DNA of 64,000 bases from Armatimonadota bacterium (lineage in GTDB: Bacteria > Armatimonadota > SYMT01). Below, piece after piece: positions 9,464-19,157 of the stretch. The position numbers and the translations under genes were made by a program. The DNA lies in the NCBI GenBank assembly GCA_041690135.1, contig JAWLHY010000009.1, positions 302,066-366,065 on the forward strand. Direction: 5' to 3'. Each line of letters begins with the position of its first letter. The first letter of the stretch is position 1. A model generated the notes under the pieces. That model was given only the letters and a program-made list of their open reading frames with translations. It searched no databases and was not told the origin of the DNA.

Positions 9464-12400
9464 GGCTTCGTCACTGCCTCGTCCAGGTTCAGGAGCACGT
9501 TGGCGACCACGAGGTAGGCCGCCTGCGTGATGGGATCGTCGGCCTTCAGCGTGGGCGCGTTTGCGGTGGTCAGGAGGGCCTTTGCGGCCTCCGGATTGGC
9601 GCGGAAGTCCGCCAGCGTGGCTTCGAAGAGTCGCTCCAGGCGGTCGAGCTCCGGCGCGGCGGGCTTCCGCGCGAGGGTGCGGTAAAAGCCGGCAGAGAGC
9701 CGCTCGCGTGCCTTCGTGGCCTTCTGTTCCAGCATCACCCGCCCCAGCGCTCCGGCCGCTTCCACGAAAGCGGGGTCGTTCAGGGTCACCAGCGCCTGGA
9801 GAGGCGTGTTTGTCCGGATGCGCCGTACCACACAGAACTCTCCGGAGCCCGCGTCGAAGGTCGTTAGCGACGGATAGGGGCTCGTGCGCCGCCAGAAGGT
9901 GTAAAGGGACCGCCGATAACGATCTTCACCCTCGCTGGTTTTCCACTTCAATCCGCTGTAAACGGTTTTCCAGATGCCGTACGGTTGCGGCGGCATCACC
10001 GAGGGTCCGTGCGTTTTCGCGGAGAGCAGCCCCGATACCGCCAGCGCCTGGTCGCGGATCACCTCCGCGGGCAGGCGGAAGCGCGGTCCCCGGCTGAGGA
10101 GCGTATTTGCGGGATCGATTCTCGCCTTTTCGGGCGTGACCTGCCCCGCTTGCCGGTAGGTCGCGGACATGACGATCAGCTTGAGCAGCTTCTTGGTGCT
10201 CCAACCTAGGCCTTCGGCGGGTGTGGGGACTGGGGACTGGGGGCTGGGGGCAGCGTATCGCGTAGTGCGCAATGCCTTGCCGGCGTAATGCGTAGTGCGT
10301 ATTGCATTGCCGGCGTAATTCGTATTGCGTATTGCGTAATCCGAACCCCGGGAACCAGAAGCTGCAGTGGTGCGCGAGGGTCGGGTCTCCCTTGCCCTCA
10401 CCTGCCGCTTGCGGGTACCCGGTCCGCTCCCCTGCGTACTGGTGACCGCTGCGGGTGTGGAGTACATGGAAGCCAGAAAATCCAGCAGGTCCGGGTGCGA
10501 GGGCAGGGTGCCCTGGGTGCCGAAGTCTTCTTCCGTCTCTACCAGGCCGGTGCCGAAGAGACGGGCCCAGATGCGGTTGACGGCGACCCGGGCGGTCAGC
10601 GGGTTCTCCGGCGATACCAGCCACTGCGCCGCGCCGAGGCGGTTCAGGGGGGCGCCGGCGGGCAAGGCGCCGAAGGCGGCAGGGAAGCCCGGAGTGACTT
10701 CTTCGCCCGGGTCCAGGAAGTTGCCGCGCTGGTGGATCTGGGTGAGGCGCTGCTTATCCTTCGGCAGGTCCCGCATCACGGGAGTCTTGGGGACTGCAGC
10801 CTCCAGGGCCGCCCGCTCCTTTTCCGTGGCGGTGATCTGTCGATAGATGCCGGCCGTGGGCTCGTGGCTCTGTCGGAAGGCCTCGTCCAACCGCTTTTGC
10901 ACCTCCTCGGAGCGTTCGGCACGGGGGATCCGGGCCAGGTCCGAATGCGGCTTCAACTCAGCCTTGAGCAGTTCCGGCTCCGCGGCGCTGATGGACAGGC
11001 GGAAGCAGCCATGCTGGAGGTTCGGATAGTTCTGCTGAATCTTGACCACCAGGCGCCCACCGTCGGGCACGGACAGCGGTGTTTTCAGATCGAACACGGC
11101 CACGTGCGCCTGCGCATTCTGCGGCGACCACGCCCACCCGGTGGCGGGATTGCCGTCGATCGCGCCGCCTACGGGCCAGCCCTGCTGCTCGAAATCGGCG
11201 CGGGCATTGACCAGGGCGACGGGCCGGCGCTCTTTGCCATCCTCGGAGACGAGTTCCGCCGTGATCTCGGAGGTCACCACATTCTGGTCGCTGCCGTGTC
11301 GTCCCGGCCCACCGCTGGGGAGGGAGGGGTCCTTCAGGGCTTCCAACCGGAGGGAACGGACCGTTACGCTCGGAAGCGGAAACGTGAGCGTGTAGGTAGA
11401 CTTCTCCGCTTTCGGACCGCCCACCACAAGGGCGCCGTCCGGCCGCGCGTGGAAGGTGGCGCCGGAGCTGCTCTCCGCCCGTTCCTGCCGCAGCGGCGTC
11501 CAGAGGGATTTCGCGGCGAGCTCCTTTTCCCATGTCAGTTGCCGCGCTTCCAAGTCGGGTGCGTCCTGGGCGAACGCCGCGCGCAGCGTCCGGATCTTTT
11601 CATCCAGCTCGGCGCGCCGCTTCATCTGCTCAGGCGTCGGCATGGGTACGGTAGGCGCTTCGTCGAAGCGGTTGGCATCTTCCGACTGGTTGAACAGAGC
11701 GTAGAACCGGTAGTACTCGCGATGGGTGATTGGGTCGTACTTGTGCGTGTGGCACTTGGCGCAGCCCATGGTGAGGCCCATCCACACCTGAACCGTGGTA
11801 TCGACCCGGTCCTTCACGGCCGCAATCCGGAATTCTTCGCGGTCCACACCTCCCTCGGTGTTGGTCATCGTGTTCCGGTGGAACGCGGTGGCGAGGAGCT
11901 GCGAAGGAGTGGGATTGGGGAGCAGGTCGCCGGCGAGTTGCTCCACGGTGAACCGGTCGTAGGGCATGTCCGCGTTGAAGGCGTCGATGACCCAGTCCCG
12001 GTAGCGCCAGATGGTCCGCTGACCATCCTTCTCGTACCCCTGTGTGTCCGCGTAGCGGGCCAGGTCCAGCCACATCCGCGCCCAGTGCTCCCCATAGCGG
12101 GGCGAGGCCAGCAGGCGGTCCACCACCTTCTCGTAGGCATTCGGGCTGCGGTCATTGATGAAGGCTTCCACCTCCGCCGGGGTGGGAGGGAGTCCCGTGA
12201 GATCGAGCGAGACGCGGCGGATGAGCGCGGAACGGTCTGCTTCTGTTTCCGGCTTCAGGCGCGCCTTCTCCAGCCGCGCGAGGACGAACGGATCGATCGG
12301 GTTGCGGCTCCACTCGCGGTTCTTCACCTTTGGCGGCGTGGGGCGGCGGAGTGGGGCGAACGACCAGTGGACGGCGTACGGTGCGCCCTGTTTCACCCAG

Positions 12401-12798
12401 GCGGTCAGCAGTTTCTTTTGCTGAGGCGTCAGTTGGTGGCCGCTGGACGCGGGCGGCATCAGCAGGTTCGGATCCGAAGTGTTGATCCGCGCGACCAGCG
12501 TGCTCTTCTCGGGCTTGCCGGGATCGATGGCCCGGCTGCCGTTCCGGAGTGCGACGGCCCCCTCCCGGGTGTCGAGCCGGAGCCCGGCCTGGCGGGAGTC
12601 GGGGTCCTGACCGTGACACGCGAAGCAGTTAGAAGCCAGGATCGGCCGGATGTCCCGGTTGTAGTCCACGGTCTCTGCCGAAAGTGATGGCTTCGGCGCT
12701 CCGGCCTGGGCGGCATTCAGCGCAAGAAGACCGAGGCCCGGAAGGGCTCCCAGGAGAATGGCTCGGACGGCGCCATGGCTGCGTCGGTGTCTGGTCAT
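9460..12798 (-). CDS. PSD1/planctomycete cytochrome c protein (DUF1549 + DUF1553) with in-frame insert
   Basis: YNRDIRPIL..NCFACHG; WLDLARYADT; CAKCHTH; NPLTARV.VNR.W; TNTPLQAL. Confidence 0.92.
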   Translation of the reverse strand: MTRHRRSHGAVRAILLGALPGLGLLALNAAQAGAPKPSLSAETVDYNRDIRPILASNCFACHGQDPDSRQAGLRLDTREGAVALRNGSRAIDPGKPEKSTLVARINTSDPNLLMPPASSGHQLTPQQKKLLTAWVKQGAPYAVHWSFAPLRRPTPPKVKNREWSRNPIDPFVLARLEKARLKPETEADRSALIRRVSLDLTGLPPTPAEVEAFINDRSPNAYEKVVDRLLASPRYGEHWARMWLDLARYADTQGYEKDGQRTIWRYRDWVIDAFNADMPYDRFTVEQLAGDLLPNPTPSQLLATAFHRNTMTNTEGGVDREEFRIAAVKDRVDTTVQVWMGLTMGCAKCHTHKYDPITHREYYRFYALFNQSEDANRFDEAPTVPMPTPEQMKRRAELDEKIRTLRAAFAQDAPDLEARQLTWEKELAAKSLWTPLRQERAESSSGATFHARPDGALVVGGPKAEKSTYTLTFPLPSVTVRSLRLEALKDPSLPSGGPGRHGSDQNVVTSEITAELVSEDGKERRPVALVNARADFEQQGWPVGGAIDGNPATGWAWSPQNAQAHVAVFDLKTPLSVPDGGRLVVKIQQNYPNLQHGCFRLSISAAEPELLKAELKPHSDLARIPRAERSEEVQKRLDEAFRQSHEPTAGIYRQITATEKERAALEAAVPKTPVMRDLPKDKQRLTQIHQRGNFLDPGEEVTPGFPAAFGALPAGAPLNRLGAAQWLVSPENPLTARVAVNRIWARLFGTGLVETEEDFGTQGTLPSHPDLLDFLASMYSTPAAVTSTQGSGPGTRKRQVRARETRPSRTTAASGSRGSDYAIRNTNYAGNAIRTTHYAGKALRTTRYAAPSPQSPVPTPAEGLGWSTKKLLKLIVMSATYRQAGQVTPEKARIDPANTLLSRGPRFRLPAEVIRDQALAVSGLLSAKTHGPSVMPPQPYGIWKTVYSGLKWKTSEGEDRYRRSLYTFWRRTSPYPSLTTFDAGSGEFCVVRRIRTNTPLQALVTLNDPAFVEAAGALGRVMLEQKATKARERLSAGFYRTLARKPAAPELDRLERLFEATLADFRANPEAAKALLTTANAPTLKADDPITQAAYLVVANVLLNLDEAVTKP
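10207..10470 (-). mobile_element. In-frame repeat-rich insert 1 in the DUF1553 loop (putative mini mobile element)
   Basis: 88 codons between LDFLA and GW versus 6 in the paralog at 21654-21671; three 30-nt units built from TACGCAA-type heptamers plus CCCCAGT heptamers. Confidence 0.7.
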
Positions 12799-12916
12799 CG
12801 GAATTGCAATCGGAGTGCCCGCGGCATGCCTCGGGGCGGTGGACAGGTAGCACGCTTGCGGATAGTGGGAGCTACTGGATCATATCCGCTTAAGGATTGC
12901 CAACAAACTGGCGCTA

Positions 12917-12970
12917 CGGCTGGGCGAGTGAACTCACGTCTACAAAAGGCCAAGCCGGCCTCCGCAGGCT
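12917..12970 (-). repeat. GTAG-type REP-like element, copy 1
   Basis: Closely matches 26868-26921; the reverse strand has GTAG followed by an imperfect palindrome. Confidence 0.7.
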
Positions 12971-13147
12971 AACCCGAACGAAACGATCAATTACTGACGG
13001 ATCCTTAGTTCACCTTCTGGGCAAAGATTCCCCGCCTGAAGGCTTTGCAATTGTGAGGCGGAGACGTGCTGGCCCAGCCCCTCGGAGCGTGAAGTCGGCG
13101 GGTCCCGTAGAACCTCCATTCGCGGGATCGCGCGGGAAAGACTGCCC

Positions 13148-14194
13148 CTACTTCTGAGGCCAGTTCCGGGGAAGCTGCAGAGACCAGACGTCGTTCACCA
13201 GGGGCGAAACGTTTCCGGCGGTCACCCAGAGGCGATCCTTCCAGACGTAGGTGGAGTGCTCGTGGCGGACGGACCATACGTCCTTCGTCACAAGCCGCTC
13301 CCACTGTTCACCGTCCGCCGAGTGCCAGACGTCGTTCCAGTTCCGGAACGGGTGGTTGGACCAGCCTCCCAGCAGCCACATCCGGTTGCGGTAGACGGCG
13401 GCCGAGAACCAGATCCGCGGCTCCCACGGCGCGTGGGCGCGGACCTGGGTCCAGTTCACCCCATCCCGTGAGCGCCATACGTCGTTGAACGCCGCGTACT
13501 TTGGGACGTAGTTCCCCCCGCCGAACACCCACAGGTAGCCGTTATGGGCGAGGGCTCCGTGATAGGCCCGGGGCGCCCAGGGTGCATTGGCCGTAACCCG
13601 CTGCCAGGTCTTACCGTCGCCGGAGGACCAGACGTCGTTCTTGAGGTGGCGCTCGGTGCCGTCGTAGTAGCGCTCCACCCCGCCCAGGACCCACATCTTG
13701 CCCCGGAATACCACGCCCGCCGCGCCCAGCCGGGGGCTCCAGCCTGCGGCCGGGGTTATCTGTTCCCACCGCTCACCGTCGCGCGAGGCCCACACCTCAT
13801 TGCCGGCCGAGGCGTCCGGAAGCCGTCCGTTGTGCCAGCCGCCCATCATCCACATCCGGTTCTTGAAGACCAGCGAGGTCGGCAGGTCGGAGTGCTTCCA
13901 GGGCGCCTTCGCGGTGACGAGATCCCACTTCGCCCCATCGGCCGAGTTCCAGACGTCGCGGGGCGGCTCGCTGAAGGAGTCGAACCAACCGCCCAGGATC
14001 CAGAGCCGGTTCTTGAAGACCACCTCTCCGGATGAATCGCGGGGTTTCCAGGCCGCGTGTTCAGTGACCCGCACCCAGTTCGGCACGGCGTCCGTCGATT
14101 CCGGCTTTGCGGAAGCGGGCGGGGTGTCCGGGATCATCGGGAGGGAGAGCAGGATGAGCGGCAGGACCAGAATCGGACGAGGCAGAGAAGGCAT
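13148..14194 (-). CDS. Kelch-like repeat beta-propeller protein, secreted
   Basis: Repeated W.LGG...NDVW.S.DG..W units; hydrophobic N-terminus. Confidence 0.85.
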   Translation of the reverse strand: MPSLPRPILVLPLILLSLPMIPDTPPASAKPESTDAVPNWVRVTEHAAWKPRDSSGEVVFKNRLWILGGWFDSFSEPPRDVWNSADGAKWDLVTAKAPWKHSDLPTSLVFKNRMWMMGGWHNGRLPDASAGNEVWASRDGERWEQITPAAGWSPRLGAAGVVFRGKMWVLGGVERYYDGTERHLKNDVWSSGDGKTWQRVTANAPWAPRAYHGALAHNGYLWVFGGGNYVPKYAAFNDVWRSRDGVNWTQVRAHAPWEPRIWFSAAVYRNRMWLLGGWSNHPFRNWNDVWHSADGEQWERLVTKDVWSVRHEHSTYVWKDRLWVTAGNVSPLVNDVWSLQLPRNWPQK

Positions 14195-14547
14195 GGAGCT
14201 TCCTTTCAACCCCTCGTTGAGCGGTGGTCGCCGGCTCTCCTCCGCAAGCCCCACGATTGTAGCCGCACCTGCGACCAGGCGACCAACGGTATTACCTGGC
14301 GGTCGCTGGTTCTAGCCGCTGGCCTCCGATGGTGTTTACTTACTGGCTGTCGCGGTCCGCGCAGGATCAGCGTACCAAACGCTTAGGGTGTTAACTCCTC
14401 GAATTTCCCATCCAGTTTGCCCGCATCCTCAAGCCTCTATAAGTAGTCCCCACAGGCTTGCCAATCCCGCTACAGTCACCCTTCGGCTCCCGCGGAAGCC
14501 CGCTCCAGAAAATGCCAACCCGTAGCCGCAACGAGCACAGAGGTTCC

Positions 14548-14601
14548 CAACCCCTGACCCACGAGGGGGCTTCAACCTTCCAACTTTCCAACCTTCCAAC
14601 C
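14548..14601 (+). repeat. Core hairpin plus TTCCAACC repeat array (dispersed element)
   Basis: caacccctgacccacgagggggcttcaac core shared with the reverse complement of 18786-18841. Confidence 0.7.
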
Positions 14602-14616
14602 CTGATCCCTAGATGG

Positions 14617-15564
14617 TCAAATCGTACCCGTCACAGACGATAGCAGTTCCTGGATCGGCTTGAAGTGCAGCTTGGCCGCCCGTGCCAGCCCGGCGCGCCC
14701 GTGCTCTCGTAGCACGGTGCGGGCGGTCCGCTCCAGCGTGGTCACGTCCGAGGCGCCGCGGGGGAGCGGACCCGGCAGGCCGAACTCCTCCCCCAAGGTG
14801 ACCAGGGCATCCGCGTAGGCGGCGCTGGCGAGAATCGAAGCGGCCGCCACCGCCAGGCTGGCCGACTCGGCGCGGGGAAGCTGGCGGGGTCGGGGGAGGC
14901 CCACCTCGCGGAAAGCAGATTCCAGCACATCGAGCCGCTGGGCGAACTGGTCGCAGACGAACCGTCCCCCCGCCACGTCCCGAAGTGGTGCCGCGTTCTC
15001 CGCGTGCAGCGCCGCCAGCAGCAGGTTCAGATTGCCAATAGCGTCGTAGCGCCGGTTGTAGGCCTCGGGAAGGAGTACCGTCACCCGACGCCACTCTTCC
15101 GGTACGGCCCGGTCGATCTCGCCGGCCATCCGCTGCACCCCTACCGCGTTCAGTTTCTTGCTGTCGCAGACGCCGGCGCTCTGGAGCCGTTCCGCGGTAG
15201 GCTCGTCCAGGTACACGGCCGCCACCACGAGCGGCCCATACCAATCACCCTTGCCGGACTCGTCCATGCCGGCGTGGGGGAGGGGAATGGTGGCCTCGGT
15301 TTGCCGGGGAGCTTCGGCGGGAGCCGCCGGCGCCTGCGGGCGAACCGGGATGAGGCGACCGTCGATCCACATCTCCAACTCGGAGCGGAGATCGGAAGCG
15401 GCGCCGCCGGGCACCATCGCTCCCCGCTTGGGATAGTACGTGACCGTTGCCTTCTGGCGACCGTCCGTAATCACAATCTGCTCGCCGTAGGGCACCGGTT
15501 TGCCCGGCTGCCACGACCAGCCGCGGTCGGAAATGTAAGTCTTGAGTTGGTAGAGGCGGTTCAT
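14617..15564 (-). CDS. rnhC: Ribonuclease HIII
   Basis: GMDESGKGDWYGPLVVAA, DSKKL, DQF, VAAASILA and AKLHFK motifs; N-terminal TBP-like region; AGGAG RBS. Confidence 0.85.
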   Translation of the reverse strand: MNRLYQLKTYISDRGWSWQPGKPVPYGEQIVITDGRQKATVTYYPKRGAMVPGGAASDLRSELEMWIDGRLIPVRPQAPAAPAEAPRQTEATIPLPHAGMDESGKGDWYGPLVVAAVYLDEPTAERLQSAGVCDSKKLNAVGVQRMAGEIDRAVPEEWRRVTVLLPEAYNRRYDAIGNLNLLLAALHAENAAPLRDVAGGRFVCDQFAQRLDVLESAFREVGLPRPRQLPRAESASLAVAAASILASAAYADALVTLGEEFGLPGPLPRGASDVTTLERTARTVLREHGRAGLARAAKLHFKPIQELLSSVTGTI

Positions 15565-15735
15565 GCGGGTTCTCCTGGGGACAGCCGTTCGATTATAACC
15601 GCCCGGATACCTTGGTTCCGCAGCCGCTGGGCGAGCTGCCACCGGTCGGAATGCCTCGAAATGGAGGAAAAGGAGTCCGAGCGGTGCCTGGCGGACTACC
15701 GTCAGGGCGCCTCGTCGCTCTGCTCTTTGACTCAG

Positions 15736-17316
15736 ATGAACCATCTATTCTCTTACCAGGGCTCAGCATGGGTTGGGGTGTTGCTGCTGTGGGGACTCTC
15801 GCAGCCAACCCGTGCCGAAGAGAGTCCTGCAGCGCAGCCAAAGCCGATTGCGGCTGTTAGCCGAAGCCTGGCCGATGAGAAACCCGAGGCCTTCCTGCGG
15901 CGGGCCTATCCGGGCAGCCGCGTAGCTCTCGATCCTCGTTTTGCGACAGCCAGTGGAGTCTTCCGGGCCTATTTCGTCGCCCTGTCCGACGGCCGGTTTG
16001 TGCGCGCCGAGTTGGAGACCCAGTTTCAGCAGGTGGCGACGCGAAAGGGGAACGGTGCCGCGCGTGCCTTCCTGGCGTTGACGGAGAAGCCGCTCCACTC
16101 GCCGTTCACCTGGAAGGTGGTGGCCGACGCCGCCGGTCCGGTACGCCTGGGCATGATGCCCGCCGCGATCTCGCAGGCGTGCGCCGAGTATCCCGTGCTG
16201 GTGGAGCGCGTGACTCGCAAGCGGAATGGCCAGGCCCGCCCCGTGCTGGCCGTCTCCCATTTCGGCAAGCCGCTCCTGCTGCTGGAAACCGCCGGTCCTA
16301 CCGTGTCGCGGATCGAGGTCCTGGACCGTCGATTGACAACCCCGCAGGGCCTGGGGTCCGGCAGTACTTTGAGTGAGCTCGCCGAGCGCTACGGGACCGG
16401 GGAACTGCTGCTGGGGCCGGAGGGGATCTCCGTGATCTTCGCCTCGTCGTGCTCCGGGCGTGCCTTCAAGCTGGCGGAGCCCGCGCCCTCCCCTGGAACC
16501 GCGCTGCGCTGGGAGACACTGCTGAAGCGCAACCCACAGGTGGCCTCGGTATGGGTGGCGGGGAGTGCCGGCGCCTTTGCGGCCGAGACCCGGGCGACCG
16601 GTCTTCCTCGCGCGCGGCAGAGCCGGGCCGGTGAGCCGGTGGAGGCCTTCCTGAAAAGGGCGTATCCGGGATGCACGACTGCGTATGACGCCTTCCGATC
16701 CAGCCCGCGTGAGGGTTACCGGCGATACCTGGTCCGCACCCCTGCGGGTGCCGTGGTCGCCGCGGAACTGAAGCCATCCCCAGTGGATTCACGGGGTGGT
16801 GGGACAAAGACTCTGGTTCTCACGCCGACCGAGGTCCGCCAGCCGTATACCTGGCAGGTGACTTCGCGGTCGCTGGGCCCGATTGGTCTCGGCATGCATG
16901 CAGCGCAGGTTGGGAAGGCGTGCGAGAGCTACGCCGTGACGCTCCAGCGGACCACGGTTCTGGATGAAGGCGAGTGGACCGCGGCGCTGGTGGTGAGCAG
17001 CTTCGGCAAGCCGCTTGCGGAGTTGGTGCTGAGCGCCCGGAACGATGTGGAATTCATCCGGGTCCGCGATCCCCGATTGAAGACCCCCCAGAGCGCGGGC
17101 GTGGGGACCTCCGTGCGCGAACTGGCCCGGCTCTACGGCACGGGTGAGGTGTTGCTCGAAGAGGGCGACGTCAGCGTGGTGTTCGATCGCCGCTGTCCCG
17201 GTCGCATTTTCCGCCTGGTGAAAGCGGGCAAGGCACCATTGCCGAACCCGAACTGGAAATCGCTGGTGAAGGCTAATGCAAAGGTGGACACCCTCTGGGT
17301 GGTGGGGCAGGAATAG
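15736..17316 (+). CDS. Secreted hypothetical protein made of two tandem ~240-aa repeats
   Basis: EAFLRRAYPG/EAFLKRAYPG, GPVRLGM/GPIGLGM and ELAERYGTGE/ELARLYGTGE duplicated; start uncertain. Confidence 0.75.
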   Translation: MNHLFSYQGSAWVGVLLLWGLSQPTRAEESPAAQPKPIAAVSRSLADEKPEAFLRRAYPGSRVALDPRFATASGVFRAYFVALSDGRFVRAELETQFQQVATRKGNGAARAFLALTEKPLHSPFTWKVVADAAGPVRLGMMPAAISQACAEYPVLVERVTRKRNGQARPVLAVSHFGKPLLLLETAGPTVSRIEVLDRRLTTPQGLGSGSTLSELAERYGTGELLLGPEGISVIFASSCSGRAFKLAEPAPSPGTALRWETLLKRNPQVASVWVAGSAGAFAAETRATGLPRARQSRAGEPVEAFLKRAYPGCTTAYDAFRSSPREGYRRYLVRTPAGAVVAAELKPSPVDSRGGGTKTLVLTPTEVRQPYTWQVTSRSLGPIGLGMHAAQVGKACESYAVTLQRTTVLDEGEWTAALVVSSFGKPLAELVLSARNDVEFIRVRDPRLKTPQSAGVGTSVRELARLYGTGEVLLEEGDVSVVFDRRCPGRIFRLVKAGKAPLPNPNWKSLVKANAKVDTLWVVGQE

Positions 17317-17401
17317 AAAAGGAGGCACCCCTGCCGCGTACATCGAAGCACGAAGGACAAATACGGCTCACTCCTAACTCAGGGGAGGGGGATTAGAGTA
17401 G

Positions 17402-18760
17402 ATGAAACGGCTCGCGGGACTCTGGTTGTTTGCGGCTACCTTCACGCCGCTTGCCGTGGCACAGGGTCAGGGCAGTGCGGACAACTGGCCCTCCTTCCGA
17501 GGGGCGGGGGCGCGGGGCATCGCCGAGGGGCACCGCACCCCTACCGAATGGGATGTGGAAACGGGTCAGAACGTCCTCTGGCGCACTCCCATCCCCGGCC
17601 TGGGGCACTCCAGTCCCATCCTCTGGGGCGACCGCGTTTACGTCACCACGGCGGTGAGCGGCCGGGATAACCCGGAGCTGAAAGTCGGCCTCTACGGCGA
17701 CATCGCTCCCGTGCAGGACGACTCGGTCCACCGGTGGAAGGTCTACTGCCTGGACCGCAAGTCCGGCCGGGTGCGGTGGGATCGGACGGCCCATGCGGGT
17801 GCGCCGAAGGTCAAGCGCCACACCAAGGCCACGCACGCCAACTCCACCATGGCGACGGACGGCAAACACGTGGTCGCCTTCTTCGGCTCCGAGGGGCTCT
17901 ACTGCTACGACCCGGAAGGGAAGCTGCTCTGGAAGCGCGACTTCGGGGTCCTGGACTCCGGCTACTTCGCGGTCCCGGCGGCGCAGTGGGGCTTTGCCAG
18001 TTCGCCCGTGATCTGGAAGGACCGGGTGATCGTGCAATGCGACGTCCAGAAGGGATCGTTCCTGGCGGCACTCGACCTGAAGAGCGGTCGCGAGCTCTGG
18101 CGCACTGACCGTCGCGACGTGCCCACCTGGAGCACCCCCACCGTCCACGAAGCGAGCGGCCGGGCGCAGGTGATCGTGAACGGGTGGAAGCACATCGGCG
18201 GCTATGACGCCGGCAACGGCGCGGAACTGTGGAAGCTGGTCGGCGGCGGCGACATCCCGGTTCCCACCCCGGTGGTGGCGCACGGCCTGATCTTCATCAC
18301 CAACGCCCACGGGCGCATGGCCCCGATCTACGCGGTCCGCACGAACGCGGAAGGGGAGATCTCCCTGAAGGAAGGGGAGACGGCCAACGCCCACATTCCC
18401 TGGAGCACCCACCGGGACGGCGCCTACATGCAGACGCCGCTGGTTTACGGGGATTATCTGTACGTCTGCCGCGACAACGGCGTGCTGAGCTGCTACGAAG
18501 CCCGGACCGGCAAGCGGCTCTACCAGGAACGCCTCGGTCCCGCCGGCCGGACCGGCTACACCGCCTCCGGCGTGGCCGCCGACGGGAAGCTCTACTACAC
18601 GAGCGAGGATGGGGACGTTTTCATCATCCAGGCTGGCCCCGAGTTCAAGAAGCTCGGAACCCACACGCTCGGGGAGACCTGCCTCGCCACCCCCGCTATC
18701 TCACGCGGCACCCTCTTCTTCCGCACCCGGGGTCACCTCCTCGCCATCCGTTCGCGGTAG
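17402..18760 (+). CDS. PQQ-binding-like beta-propeller protein (BamB-like family)
   Basis: NWPSFRG, GHSSPI, WSTP and ATPAIS motifs; signal peptide. Confidence 0.9.
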   Translation: MKRLAGLWLFAATFTPLAVAQGQGSADNWPSFRGAGARGIAEGHRTPTEWDVETGQNVLWRTPIPGLGHSSPILWGDRVYVTTAVSGRDNPELKVGLYGDIAPVQDDSVHRWKVYCLDRKSGRVRWDRTAHAGAPKVKRHTKATHANSTMATDGKHVVAFFGSEGLYCYDPEGKLLWKRDFGVLDSGYFAVPAAQWGFASSPVIWKDRVIVQCDVQKGSFLAALDLKSGRELWRTDRRDVPTWSTPTVHEASGRAQVIVNGWKHIGGYDAGNGAELWKLVGGGDIPVPTPVVAHGLIFITNAHGRMAPIYAVRTNAEGEISLKEGETANAHIPWSTHRDGAYMQTPLVYGDYLYVCRDNGVLSCYEARTGKRLYQERLGPAGRTGYTASGVAADGKLYYTSEDGDVFIIQAGPEFKKLGTHTLGETCLATPAISRGTLFFRTRGHLLAIRSR

Positions 18761-18785
18761 TGCGGTTTGGCAGGACGGGATCTGC

Positions 18786-18841
18786 GTTGAAGGTTGAAAG
18801 TTGAAGCCCCCTCGGGGGCCAGGGGTTGAAGGTTAAAGGTT
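18786..18841 (-). repeat. Core hairpin flanked by GTTGAAG heptamer arrays
   Basis: gttgaag gttgaaa gttgaag ccccctcgggggccagggg ttgaag gttaaag gtt. Confidence 0.7.
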
Positions 18842-19092
18842 AGGACCCCTGTGGTCGCTACGGGTGCGGTATGCCATCCGGCAAGACAGGTACAAGCCCA
18901 GAACCAGGCGGTGACGGAGCATCCCGCCCTACTTCTGCCAGTGCGAGGACAAAGGCCACGCCGTTCACCGGGCGCCGCGCCTCACGGGATTCGTGGTGCG
19001 AAGCGGGCATCGATAAGCGGCCCTTTCGTGTCGGGCGACCCACCAACTGTCAGGCTTCAGCGAGGCATTCCGGGCTTACCCTCTTTCGGTTC

Positions 19093-19126
19093 CTCTTTGC
19101 GTCTTGGCGCCTTTGCGAGAGACTCC
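19093..19126. repeat. Dispersed octamer repeat (TTTGCGTC type), copy 1
   Basis: Matches 50039-50071. Confidence 0.65.
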
Positions 19127-19157
19127 CCTTCCGACTACCTTTGCGTGAGCGTGTCGG

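Noticed and set aside
10225-10343. CRISPR array
   Set aside because: The repeats are contiguous with no unique spacers, lie inside a CDS, and no cas genes are in the window.
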